Source: Octopus vulgaris | Taxonomy: Eukaryota | Assembly (NCBI GenBank): GCA_951406725.2 | Contig: OX597838.1 | Coordinates: forward strand, 23,808,001 to 23,872,000 | DNA: 64,000 bases | Direction: 5' to 3' | Notes under the pieces: generated by a model | Database searches by the model: none | Told to the model about the DNA's origin: nothing | What the model saw: only the letters and a program-made list of their open reading frames with translations | Program-made: the position numbers and the translations under genes | Part shown: piece after piece, positions 26,757-39,269 of the stretch | How the letters are laid out: each line of letters starts with the position of its first letter | How positions within the stretch are numbered: the stretch's first letter is position 1

Positions 26757-27989
26757 AGCAACGACGACAGCAATGGCAGCAGCAGCAAATACAACAGCAG
26801 CAGACGGCATTTCCTGACTCACAGTAATAACAATAACAATGAAGATGCTGATGATAATGATGATGATGACGATTTTCTTTTGACTAGGCTGAAGGCCAAT
26901 TTTTCTCAGGGAATGGGAATCAATGGAACTGACTCCTATATGCTATCTCTCTCTCTCTCTCTATGCATGTATATGTTTGTGTGTGTGTGTGTGTGTGTAT
27001 GTAAGTGTGTACATATGTATATGTGTATATAAGTGTGTATATGTTTATATGTGTATATATATATATATGTGTGTATGTGTTTATATATGTATATATATAT
27101 ATATGTGCATGTCTGTATATATATATGTGTGTGTGTATATATATACATATATATATATATACATATGTATACATGTGTATATATATGTGTGTGTGTTCAT
27201 GACAGTGCTCCAGCAAAAAGGAAAAACAATAAAACAATATTAAGGGTGACATAAAACGGAATGCAAAAAACCAAAACAAAAACAACAACTGGTTCTTCCA
27301 GAATTGGAACTCAGAACCTAGAGAAAGCAAAAAAATTCAATGCAACAAAGAATTTAGTCTGTTACTACAGCTGAGCTCGACACAAGCAGAAAGTCATAAA
27401 ATATGTTGGGGGGGGGGGTTAGCAGATCATATCAATACCACCACTTGACTTGTATTTATTATTTATTGTGGAAAGATAAGGCAGTGAGTTGGCGGAATCA
27501 TTAACACGCTGGACAAAATGCTTAGCGATATTTCACCCATTGCTACATTCCGAGTTCAAATTCTGCTGAGGTCGACTTTGCTCTTCATCCTTTCGGGGTC
27601 AATGAAAAGGATGAGCACTAGGGTCGATATAATTGAATTTTCCCTCTCCCCCAAATTTCAGGCTTTGTTCTTAGAGTAGAAAGGATAAATTAGCCTGGAC
27701 AGGATTTGATCTCATGATATAAACTGACTCTCTGTCAGTTACAATGAGTGTTCCACAAGCCTTGGGTTAGCTGATAAAATGTTGAGTGGAATTTGGTAAA
27801 TGGAAACTGTGTAGAAGCCCATGTATGTGTATGGACTTAAGTTATGTATTTAGATATAAAAAAAAAAACTGGCATTCTGTCAATTACGATGAGGGTTCCA
27901 GGTGATCCAATCAACGGAATAGCTTGCTTGTGGCATTAATGGTCAAGTGCCTGAGTATTCCACAGACATTCTTTTACTCTTTTTCCACT

Positions 27990-28320
27990 CTTTTACTCGT
28001 TTCAGTCATTTGACTGCTGGAATGCTGGAGCACTGCCTTTAGTTGAACGAATCAACCCCAGGACTTATTCTTTGTAAGCCTAGTACTTATTCTATAGGTC
28101 TCTTTTGCCGAACTGCTAAGTTATGGGGACGTAAACACACCAACATCAGTTGTCAAGCGATGATGAGGAGACAAACACAGACACACAAACACACACACAC
28201 AAAAACACACGCATATATATACACACAATGGGCTTCTTTCAACTTTGGTCTACCAAATCTACTCACAAGGCTTTGGTTGGCCTGAGGCTACAGTAGAAGA
28301 CACTTGCCCAATGTGCCACA
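27990..28320 (-). mobile_element. SINE S1, 5' truncated
   Basis: Matches the S1 reverse complement. Confidence 0.7.
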
Positions 28321-30359
28321 AGTTTACATCGAGATTCTTTCTAACAAAATACAAAAATTAAATGAAACACAAACCGTTTTACAGAATTAGAATTTATTCA
28401 TATATGGTGGTAGTGGTGGTTGTTGTGGAGGTGATGGCAGCAGCAGCAGTGGTGGTGGTAGTGGAGAATTTCAGTCATTTGATGATGAAGATTCAGTTGT
28501 GCGATCAATTGAATAACCTGCTTATTGAATTAACATATGAGTGGTTGGGTAGACAAGTGTATCCTTAACATAATTCTCAAGAAGAATCATCAAGACACAC
28601 TGGTGTGTGATGAGGCTGTATCTCTTAAATTACAGGTAGAATCCCACTTGATGGACTTTTTTCTTAAGGTTTCTGTCTACCCAGTTTCACTCATGGTATA
28701 TGGGCTGATCCAAGGCTATAAAAAAAATGACATTTACCTAAGATGCCACACAGCGGAATTGAACCATGTACCATAGAGATGCAAAGCAAATTTCTTAACC
28801 ATCCAGTCATAGAGCTCCTATGATTCATTCATTCATACAGACATATGTAAGCATGTATGTATGTACATACATACATATTATCATAATAAAAGGCCACAAA
28901 AATCCTTCTGAAATACAGCTCAGATTATTTTAAACCCCTTTATCTGATATATATATATATATATATATGCATATAAATTAGAGAAGAATCACCATGTAGC
29001 GATTCAACAATGTAATAGCAATGATATAATTAAATTATGCCATATAGAAAAAAATTAGAAATACGATAAAACATATACCAATAATTAAGTAAAGTACAAA
29101 ATAAGTTTGGAATAATATTCCCTAATATTATTATTATTATATATACATATATATATATGTATATATGTGTGTGTGTATCTAAATATGTGTGTGTATGCAT
29201 ATGTGTATATCAAAAGGATGTGTTATAACACTATCCCACATATACAAAAACAGCCATACCAACAGTCCAACATACCTCCATCATCAGCTGCCCCACAGAT
29301 ATCATTATGGTTTCGATACCTGGACAGCACCATTCAATCCGGTGGTGTCAATAGCACTAAAAGACTTTTTGCCAACATAATGTGGCAACCCCAGGATGGG
29401 ATAGATATTACTGTTATTTAGCCCCATGTAACACCGTTTCTAGCTGGCTACACAACACAAAAGCTCTGTGTCCTTATAACAGGAACATTTATCCTATCCT
29501 GGGATCGCTACATTATGCTGGCAAAACGTAATCACTTTATCATGCTGTTACTGTATATCTCTCTTTGAGAGATTTAAAAATATAATATTTCTGTTTTTAT
29601 ATATACATACACATGTATATAAACCAAGTAACATTATTTTGAGGATGGTCGTCATAGACATCATAATCATAATTCTTTGTATTATTGGCACAAGGCCAGC
29701 AATTTTGTGAGATGGTGATGGTGATGGTGGCAGTGTATATGTGTGTGTGTGTGGGGGGTCTAGCTGATTATCTTGATGCCAGTCTTTGGCTAGTACTTAT
29801 TTTATTAACTTTCATCCAGATGGATGAAAGACAATGTTGATCTTGGTGGGATTTGAACTCAGAATGCAAAGAACCAGTGCAAAAGAATCCTATCATCCTG
29901 TCACCTTAGTCATCGCAATCATTTACAGAATGAAATGATATGATGTGTCATTATAAGAATATCATCACCACCATAATCATATCATGCAGATATCGTACAG
30001 TCATTATATCACCACAAATAGTCATCATTGCACAATCATCATATCATCATCATCATCATCATCTTATCACAGTCATATTTTTCAGTGTTGTCATAAATTA
30101 CCATTGTCCTAAACAGATATCGGATGTATTGACAATACATCCTCCTCTTCATCATAATAATGATTTCAAATTTTGGCACAAGGCCAGCAATTTTGGGGGA
30201 GGGGTTAAGTTGATTACGTCAACCCCGAAAGGATGAAAGGTGAAGCTGACTTTGACAGAATTTGAACTTGAAAATTAAAGACGGACAAAATACCACTAAG
30301 CATTTTGTCTGGCATGCTAACGATTATTATTCTGCATTAATGATAATAATAATTAATTC

Positions 30360-31002
30360 TTTTATTGGCCACAAAAAGCTCACATACAAAACATTAAAAG
30401 ACATGCAACAACATAAAAGACAAAAATAGGACAATACCAAGGAGGTTTCCACGTGTATACAAAGTAATAATAAAAAAGTGGAACAAATTAAACTCCCAAT
30501 AGGGGAGGCACTTTAATGTCCTCATGGAAAAACCCACAAAAGCCATGGGTGCCTGAAGAACAGGTCAAAAGCCCTTCTCCTCTTTCTTTTTTTGAAGGTG
30601 CATGCTCAGAAGTGGACCTTTCACACTGGCCATTCTTCCAACATTCACCTACCTTTCAACAAAGATGCTACAAAGCAACAGTTCCCTCTCCATCCTCAGC
30701 TTCCTTTTCAAGTGAAACTTGAAAAAGTTGATGAGGGCTTGGCCAAAGAGGAAAGTGTCTGTCTTTAGCCCTTTCAAGTGGGTCCACGATACTACCTCTT
30801 TTGCTACAGCCACTAGACAAATAAAAATTGCCTGCCCCTACGGGCCAATGGAGGGTGGCAGGGCAATCTTGACAATGGATTCAGTAGATAGCCGGATTTG
30901 TCCTACATGCGCCAGTAGGTCTTCAACATAAATTCACAGGTCAGCAATACTCGGACACTGGAGTAGGGCATGCAGAATGGTTTCATCGTTCTGAGTGCAC
31001 TT
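30360..31002 (-). pseudogene. L1/Tx1-like LINE 3' fragment
   Basis: Minus strand ETILHALLQCP zinc-binding-like motif and downstream helical ORF2 C-terminus with stops. Confidence 0.55.
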
Positions 31003-31004
31003 CA

Positions 31005-32070
31005 GGCAGGCCCGGAAGAAAAAGAGGAAACAACAAAAGCTGTAAAATAAGTGAAATCCAAACTAAAACTGGAACGACGAAGTATCATGATAAAACAATG
31101 GCAAGAAAAGCCCTTACATGGCAAATACTGGGATAAGCTAAACAGAAAAGAAATAGACAAAGTAAAAACCCAATAATGGCTGAGAAGCTCAGGACTCAAA
31201 GAAGAAACTGAAGGATTTTTTTTTTTATTGCAGCACAAGATCAAAACCTCCCCACCAGAAACCATCAGAAACATATAATGAAGTAAAATACAACTGCAGA
31301 ATATGTGGTGATGGGGAAGAAACGATAAATCATATTGTCTCTGGCTGCCCAGTCCTGGCTAAGAAGGAATATATTCACAGACACGACAGTTATCATGAGA
31401 TGAACCTCTCATATTGACTTATAGTGTATATAAGCACTCGTTTTTATATCGCTGGCGGGAAGTACTCGTCTGATACCACAGCTGAAACTGCCATTTTATG
31501 TGGTTTCGGCTTTCCTTGGTCTTGCAATAGTAACAAATCCTCCATCAGCGATATACATAGAATCTCAGATTCTAAGAAGGAATATATCCACAGACATGAC
31601 AGACCTATATACACTGGAAGCTATGCCAACACTATGGAATAACAAGAGAAAAATGATGGTATAAGCACACGCCAGAAAGCATCACAGAAAATGACAAAGC
31701 AGCCACACTCTGGGATATGTCAATACACACAGATAGAGAAATCAAGGCTAATAAGCTGGATATAGTTGTCAGAGATCACCAAGGAAAAAAAAAAATGCCT
31801 TCTAATTGATGTACCGATCCCAACAGATGGTAATCTATCTCTAAAAGATATGGAGAAACTCTCAAAATACAAAGATCTGGAAATAGAGATAACCCAAATG
31901 TGGAGCCTAAGAACAGAAACAATCCTTATAATAATAAGTGCATTAGATATGATTGAAAAGCATTCAGACAAATACATGACCAAAACGCCAGGACTTTACA
32001 AATGTATATAACATACAGAAAATAGAACTTCTAGGCACACATCTTACATAGCACTTTCAATACAGTGAAA
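31005..32070 (+). pseudogene. Degenerate R4/Dong-like non-LTR retrotransposon 3' ORF (zinc knuckle plus restriction-like endonuclease)
   Basis: CRICGDGEETINHIVSGCPVLAKKEYIHRHD followed by DIVV..CLLIDVPIPTDGNLSLKDMEKLSKYKDLEIEITQMW, with frameshifts and stops. Confidence 0.8.
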
Positions 32071-32758
32071 ATAAGAGCACCACAATAAACCATACACACA
32101 CATACCCAAGGCAGTTTAGTCAGAAAGATTGAACTAAACCACAGCCAGATGACAGCTGGTAAGCCAAAACTTCAAAGTCACTGTCAGTTTTTTTCTTGTA
32201 AAAATTAATGAAATATGTTTGTTCCTTCTCGAGCCATGCCTGGCTCATAAGGGCTGGTTTATTCATATATGGGCTGGTTTATTCATCAACTTTTTCAAGT
32301 TTCACTTGAAAAGGAAGTTGAGGATGGAGAGGGAACTGTTACCTTGTATTTTGTCTGTCTTTAATTTGTTCCTTGGCGTATAAGTTCCCCACCTGGACGG
32401 GACACCGGTCCGTCACAGGTGAGCTGCAAGATGCAGGAGGAAAGAGAGAGAGAAAGTTGTAGCAAGTCAGCAGAAGTTCGCCCTTATCTTCTGCCAGAGC
32501 CATGTAGAGCTTAGGTGTTTTGCTCATAAACACACACATCGCCTGGTCTGAGATTCGAACCTGCGATCCCTCGACTGCGAGTCCACTGCTCTAACCACTA
32601 GGCCATGTGCAATGAAATATGTAGTTGAGTAAAAAGTACAGTGATCCTTCCGTTTAACACTTGATTGTTTTTATATATAACTTAACATAAAAACAAATAT
32701 TAAAATTTTATATATATCTATTTTGTTTCAAATTTGTGTGAATGTGTATAGAATAATA

Positions 32759-33254
32759 TATTAGTAGAATAAAGTTAAAACATAGTCTGGTTTTCACGCT
32801 TTTCATTATGGCATTTTAACAAAATTAGCGCTTTCATACATAGAGTACTCATCAGATTTCAAATGTATTTAAATGACAGTTGAGTTCTTGACAACCTTAG
32901 AATGCTTCAACCAGCTCACTTTTTAGAATACCATTTTGATCAATCTGCATGCTCTTCAACATCGCGGTTTGTCAGGTGTACCAATATTCTGTGAATTGTT
33001 TAGATTTATTAATCCACATCATTAACTGGTTGTTATATTATTGCTTGTTATTTCCGTTTTGAGCAGGTTTGAACATTTTAATAAACCGTTTTTCTTTTAT
33101 CTGTCTTCCAACCTCACCTGTGTCGTGTCGTTTGTGGAAAGGAAAAATTAAAAACATTTTCTGAGTACACTATGTATGAAAGTGCTAATTTTGTTAAAAT
33201 ACCATAATAAAAAACGTGAAAACCAGACAATGTTTTAACTTTATTCAACTAATA
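32759..33254. mobile_element. Fold-back element or MITE with ~93-bp imperfect TIRs
   Basis: tattagtagaataaagttaaaacatagtctggttttcacg...gagtactca pairs with tgagtacactatgtatgaaag...tgttttaactttattcaactaata. Confidence 0.75.
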
Positions 33255-33358
33255 CTTATATACATAAAGATAGGATAAAGTTCATTTCCAAGTCATGTAG
33301 ACTCATAGGGCCAGTTTTCCCACCTGGATGGAATGTAGATATACATATATATATATAT

Positions 33359-33540
33359 ATAGATCGTTAGCCACTACACACATTTTTTTCTCTCCTTGTT
33401 TTTTCTGTGTACATTTCTGTAGAAGAGCGTAGGCTTGAAACGTAAAATACTTTTTCTATTCCTGAGCGCTATACTAATACATCTGTTTGTTTTATACACC
33501 ACCTGTCTTCGTCTTTTGTTTTTTTACGTAAACTTTCCCT
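33359..33540 (+). mobile_element. Family A element with hammerhead-like motif
   Basis: attt-CTGTAGA-A-GAGC(gtag)GCTT-GAAACGTA-aaat at 33413-33448; flanked by (TA)n on both sides. Confidence 0.65.
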
Positions 33541-33780
33541 ATATATATATTATTTTTTAAAAAAATATATGCTTAGCTTTTAAAAAAATTCTTGACACTC
33601 CCACAATATCTGACGAAAGATTTTCTTAAATGAAATTATTAATTTTATAAAAAAGTAACAAAATGACACAAACCTACAGAAAGAATTTTTTGCATCATGT
33701 TGTGCTTTTCGCTGTTTTCAGCTTCTCAAATGTGTTACAAGGTAATCTGTTTAGACACAGTTTATATTATTATTATTATA

Positions 33781-34202
33781 GAAACAAAGCACAAGTTTGG
33801 TCTTATTCCTGGTAGGATTTATGTGGGTAGTGCATTACTACTTGTAACCTTAGGTATCCACACATTTTCAGCAGTCTTTCAAGTGCTTAGAACTCTCCTG
33901 ATAATCTCTGCTGTCCCTAAGAGGCTCCTAACTTTTTGTAGGAGCTCTACTGGGTATTCTGTTTCAATCTCCTTCAGCCATTTGTCTATACCTTTGCTTA
34001 CTGTTCCCAATGCACCAGTTATTATAGACATAACATTTACTGTTCTCATGCTCCAAATTCTTCCTATTTCAAATTTTAAAGGATTGTATCGTTTTTGTTT
34101 TTCTTCCTCATTCTATACAATCCTGGAATCAAACATGCATGATGGCTTGATAAGTAAGCAGCTTTGTTTTCTTTATCTACGATTGGAATATCTGGTCTAA
34201 TC
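33781..34202 (-). pseudogene. Second R4/Dong-like RLE 3' fragment, inserted in (TAA)n
   Basis: Minus strand EEEKQKRYNPLKFEIGRIWSMRTVNVMSIITGALGTVSKG; TAA repeats on both flanks. Confidence 0.7.
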
Positions 34203-34800
34203 TATTATTATTATTATTATTATTATTATCATCATCATCGTTTAACGTCCGCTTTCCATGCTAGCATGGGTTGGACGATTTGACCGAGGGCTGGTGAACC
34301 AGATGGCTTGCACCAGGCTCCAATCTGATCTGGCAGAGTTCCTACAGCTGGATGCCCTTCCTAACGCCAACCACTCTGAGAGTGTAGTGGGTGCTTTTAC
34401 ATGCCACTGGCATGGGGCCAGTCAGATGGTACTGGCATCGACCTCGCTCAAATCTTTTACACATGTCACGGGCACAGGTGCCAGTAAGGCGATGCTGGTA
34501 ACAATCATGCTCGAATGGTGCCTTTTACGTGCCACCGGCACGGAGGTCAGATAGCTGCTAATAATAATAATAATAATAATTAAAGTGGTGAGCTGGCAGA
34601 ATCATTAGCATATCGGTCAAAAATGCGTAGTGGTATTTTGCCCGTCTGTACATTCTGAGTTCAAATTCCTCTGAGGTCGACTTTGCCCTTTCATCCTTTC
34701 GGGGTCGGTAAATTAAGTACTGGCTACACACTGGGTCAATGTAATCGACTAGTCCCCTCCCCCAAAATTTCAGGCCTTGTGCCTATAGTAGAAAAGATCA

Positions 34801-34837
<37 letters not shown>

Positions 34838-34870
34838 CAGCAGAATAGTTGAACCACCTGAACTTCTTTC

Positions 34871-35138
34871 CATTTGAACAGAACATGTGCAGAACCAAAA
34901 TTATATAGAGTGTCATATCAATGTAGTAGTGTTTGATTAGTCTTTTGCAACCAATGAAATCATTTGCTATCATTCATTCTTGGAAAAAAATAACAACAAA
35001 AAAAACCTTCACTCAGATCTCACAAAGCAAACTCACAGCTACACAAAGAGAATATATTATTTTTACCTTTGTAATCATCGATATGAAATCTAATAAACAC
35101 AATTACAAACAATGATTTTTTAATTAACAATACAAAGC
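34871..35138 (-). other. Candidate upstream (signal-peptide or 5'UTR) exon of the DGCR2-like gene
   Basis: Strong acceptor tttttttcttttttatttttacag| ending at 35139 in otherwise unique sequence. Several phase-1 compatible readings exist (see findings). Unconfirmed. Confidence 0.3.
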
Positions 35139-35604
35139 CTGTAAAAATAAAAAAGAAAAAAATCAGGCGATGGAGAAAGAAGCACACATGTACATACATC
35201 TATAGACAGAGACTTACAAACACTCACGTGTTCTTTCTCTCTTTCTCTCTCTCACGCACACATATAAATGGGGATGTCCATAAATACAGATGTTGACACA
35301 CAAAGGCACAGACTCAGATAAACACATAAGTGTAATGCTGTCTGTAGCCAGAAAGACAGGCAACTACACGAAAACACTATCACACAACATAAGCAAAAAT
35401 ACACTGACAGACTGACACACACACAAACAGAGCTTACATAGTGCAACAAGCCATTCGTTCGCACATAGACACACACATATACATAAATATACACTCATGT
35501 ACTGAAACTGGATTTTACTTCTGTTTGTCACTACAATAAATGTTATGTATGGATATGAACTTGGTAACAAAAATATGTCTTTGTATGTATGTATGTATAT
35601 ATAT

Positions 35605-36012
35605 AGGCACAGGAGTGGCTGTGTGGTAAGTAGCATGCTTACCAACCACATGGTTCCGGGTTCAGTCCCACTGAGTGACACCATGGGCAAGTGTCTTCTA
35701 CTATAGCCTCAGGCCAACCAAAGCCTTGTGAGTGGATTTGGTAGATGGAAACTGAAAGAAGCCTGTCGTAGATATATATGTATATATATGTATGTATGTG
35801 TGTGTATATGTTTGTGTGTCTGCGTTTGTCCCCCCAACATCGCTTGACAACCGATGCTGGTGTGTTTAATCCCTGTAACTTAGTGGTTCAGCAAAAGAGA
35901 CCGATAGAATAAGTACTAGGCTTACAAAGAATAAGTCCTGGGGTTAATTTGCTTGACTAAATGCAGTGCTCCAGCATGGCCTCAGTCAAATGACTGAAAC
36001 AAGTAAAAGAGT
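35605..36012 (+). mobile_element. SINE S1, near full length
   Basis: Complete consensus-like copy. Confidence 0.85.
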
Positions 36013-36379
36013 AAAAAGTATATATGCGTGTGTGTGTGTATTTTATTCTTTTACTTGTTTCAGTCATTTGACTGCAGCCATGCTGGAGCACTGCCTTGAA
36101 AGATTTTAGTCAAACAAATCAACCCCAGAAGTTGACTGGTATCCTGTTTTATCCACCCTGAATGGATGAAAGGCAAAGTCAATCTTGGTGGAATTTGAAC
36201 TACAATGTAAAGCTGGAAAAAATATAAATACTGCTAAGCATTTTGTCTGGTGTGCTAACCATTCAGCCAGCTCACCACTTTTAATAGTAACAAACTTTAA
36301 TGTATTACAATACACTATATCTCATCAGGAAAACGTAAAAGTGGGGACAGAAATAAACCAGAAGTCCAAAAATAAAGAC

Positions 36380-36615
36380 ACCAATTAAAGCTAAAAGTAC
36401 ATGCATAGTACAGAGAATAAATTATAAGACAGGAAAGTGAGCAGTAAAAGAGTCATAAACAGTAAAAAATGCATTGGTATGTGGGGAGTAGTGATGGTAA
36501 ATTTCAGGAAGTATGGAATTTTTGAAGGATGCAGTGATCTGATATCTAACAACCGATGCGGGTAGTTTATTCCATGCTTTGACAATTCTCGGCATGAAAA
36601 ATATGTTTCTAAAAG
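36380..36615 (-). pseudogene. CR1-like LINE 3' end; related copy at about 13300-13505
   Basis: FRNIFFMPRIVKAWNKLPASVV...SFKNSI. Confidence 0.65.
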
Positions 36616-36759
36616 TCAAGGGTGGGGGTGTGTGTTCTTTTTCCACAACCACCAGAGCACGAAGCGCTCCTTACAAACGCAGGTTGGTGAGATGGTTGTG
36701 ATCTGCAAAGTTTTGAGTACGAACCAGAAAGCGAAGTATGAGCACACAATGCACATGTA

Positions 36760-37740
36760 CTCTTTTACTTGTTTCAGTCATTTGACTGTGGCCATGCTGG
36801 AGCACCGCCTTTAGTCGAGCAAATCAACCCCATGACTTGTTCTTTGTAAGCATAGTACTTATTCTATCGGTCTCTTTTGCCGAATTGCTAAGTTACAGGG
36901 ACGTAAACAAACTAGCATCAGTTGTCAAGCGATGTTGGGGGGACAAACACAGACACACAAAAAATATACACACACACATACATATATATATATATACGAC
37001 AGGCTTCTTTCAGTTTCCAAATCTGTCTACCAAATCCACTCCCAAGGCTTTGGTCGGCCCAAGGCTATAGTAGAAGACACTTGGCCAAGGTGCCACGCAG
37101 TGGGACTGAACCTGGAACCATGTGGTTGGTAAGCAAGCTACTTACCACACAGCAACTCCTGTGCCTATACTGAATTTTTAAAATGGAAGAGAAGAATAAA
37201 AACACAATGTGCGTGTCAAAATAAAACAGAAGAGAGGCATAAACAAGTTATATGATGGTCTGCACTGCATGTCTGACATCACCATCACACAGCTTTGCTG
37301 TAATTTTCTTGTCGATTTCTATGAACATGTCCACGTGTGGTATCTTTTGTCTTTTACTTGTTTCAGTCATTTGACTGCGACCATGCTGGGGCACTGCCTT
37401 GAAAATTTTTTTTAGTCAGATGAATCAAGCTCAGTACTTTTTTTAAAGCCTGGTACTTGGCCTATTGGTCTCTTTTGTTGAACTGCTAAGTTACAGGTCT
37501 GTAAACACACCAACACCAATTGTCAAGTGTTAGTGAAGGAACAAACAAAGACACACACACACAAGCACAAATATTCATACATGTATATACAATGGGCTTC
37601 TTTCGGTTTCCGTCTGTCAAATCCACTCACAAGGCTTTGGCTGGCCTGAGGCTATAGCAAAAGGCACTTCCCCAAGGTGCCACACAATAAGACTGAACCC
37701 GGAACCATGTGGTTGGGAAGCAAGCATCTTACCACACAGT
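36760..37740 (-). mobile_element. Two SINE S1 copies (about 36760-37168 and 37350-37740)
   Basis: Reverse-complement S1 copies. Confidence 0.8.
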
Positions 37741-38566
37741 CAAGTACTGAATTAAAAAATGTGGCTAAAGTTGTTGGAGACACGTGTGTATAGGATCTTC
37801 CTTGATAACCTTAACAATTTGAAAAATTCAGAAAAGAATTTGTTGTACCACAGTTGCACTGCTTGCAACCATCTGTGATTTTCCGGCACGATAAAAGCAC
37901 CAACCGATCGTGGCCAGTGCCAGACTCCCCTGGCACGTAAAAAGCACCCATTACACTCGCGGAGTGGTTGGCGTTAGGAAGGGCATCCAGCTGTACAAAA
38001 ACTGCCAGATCAGACTGGAGCCTGGTGCAGCCTCCTGGCTTCCCAGACCCCGGTCAAACCATCCAACCCATGCTAGCGCGGAAAACGGACGTTAAACGAT
38101 GATGATGATGCACTGTCCTATTGGGGAGGTGTTGAGTGTTTCAGAGTTTCTTAATGCAACTGGTGGACTGGAAGAGACAGTCCAGTTTTGGAAATTTATG
38201 GACACCCTTTATTAATAATAATTGTTTCAAATTTTGGCACAAGGCCAGCAATTTTAGTAGGAGAGGGAATAAGTCATTAGCAATGACCCCAGTACTTTAT
38301 TGGTACTTAATTGGTACTTTATTTTATTGACCCCTGCTGAAAGGATGAAAGGCACAGTTGATCCTGGTGGGATTAGATCTCAGAACATAAAGAGCTTGAA
38401 GAAATGCCACTAGGTAGCACATTTACACTGCCTGCATATATGCACTAGTAATTCACCATATACAAAAAAAAAAAATGTCAATACAGCTATGTTTAAGATA
38501 GCAGGTTTGTACTAATAAATATGGTAGTGTGTATCTTTTGCTTATTAATGTATACTCTCTCTTTTA

Positions 38567-39175
38567 CTCTTTTACTTGTTTCAGTCATTTGACTGCAGCC
38601 ATGCTGGAGCACCGCCTTTAATCGAGCAACTCGACCCCGGGACTTATTCTTTTGTAAGCCCAGTACTTATTCTATCGGTCTCTTTTGCTGAACCGCTAAA
38701 TAACGGGGACATAAACACACCAGCATTGGTTGTCAAGCAATGCTAGGGGGACAAACACAGACACACAAACACACACATGCACATACATATATACGACGGG
38801 CTTCTTCCAGTTTCCGTCTGCCAAATCCACTCACAAGGCTTTGGTCGGCCCAAGGCTATAGTAGAAGACACTTGCCCAAGGTGCCACGCAGTGGGACTGA
38901 ACCCGGAACCATGTGGTTAGTAAACAAGCTACTTACTACACAGCCACACTTGTGTATATGTGTATATATCTTCTATCTTTTACTTGTTTCAGTCATTAGA
39001 CTGCAACCATGCTGGGGCATAGCCTTAATGGGATTTTGTCAGACGAATAGACCCCAGGACCTCTTTCTTAAAGCCTGGTCCTAATTCTGCTGGTCTCTTT
39101 TGCTAAACAGCTAAGTTATGGGGATGTAAACACACCAACACCAGTTTTCAGGTGGCAATGGGGGACAAATGCAGC
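38567..39175 (-). mobile_element. SINE S1 full copy plus a partial copy
   Basis: Reverse-complement S1. Confidence 0.8.
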
Positions 39176-39269
39176 TAAGAACCCAAAACCTAATCAGTGC
39201 TTCCAAAACCTAGGACTGAACAATATGTGACAAGACATAGCTTACAAATGAGACACAAAAGACAACATA

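Noticed and set aside
26549-26810. GC-rich triplet region with hydrophobic readings and a minus-strand GTAAGT donor at 26548, as a possible signal-peptide exon
   Set aside because: Open frames reach the donor in phase 0 or 2, not the phase 1 needed, and the hydrophobicity comes from CAG/CAC triplet repeats.
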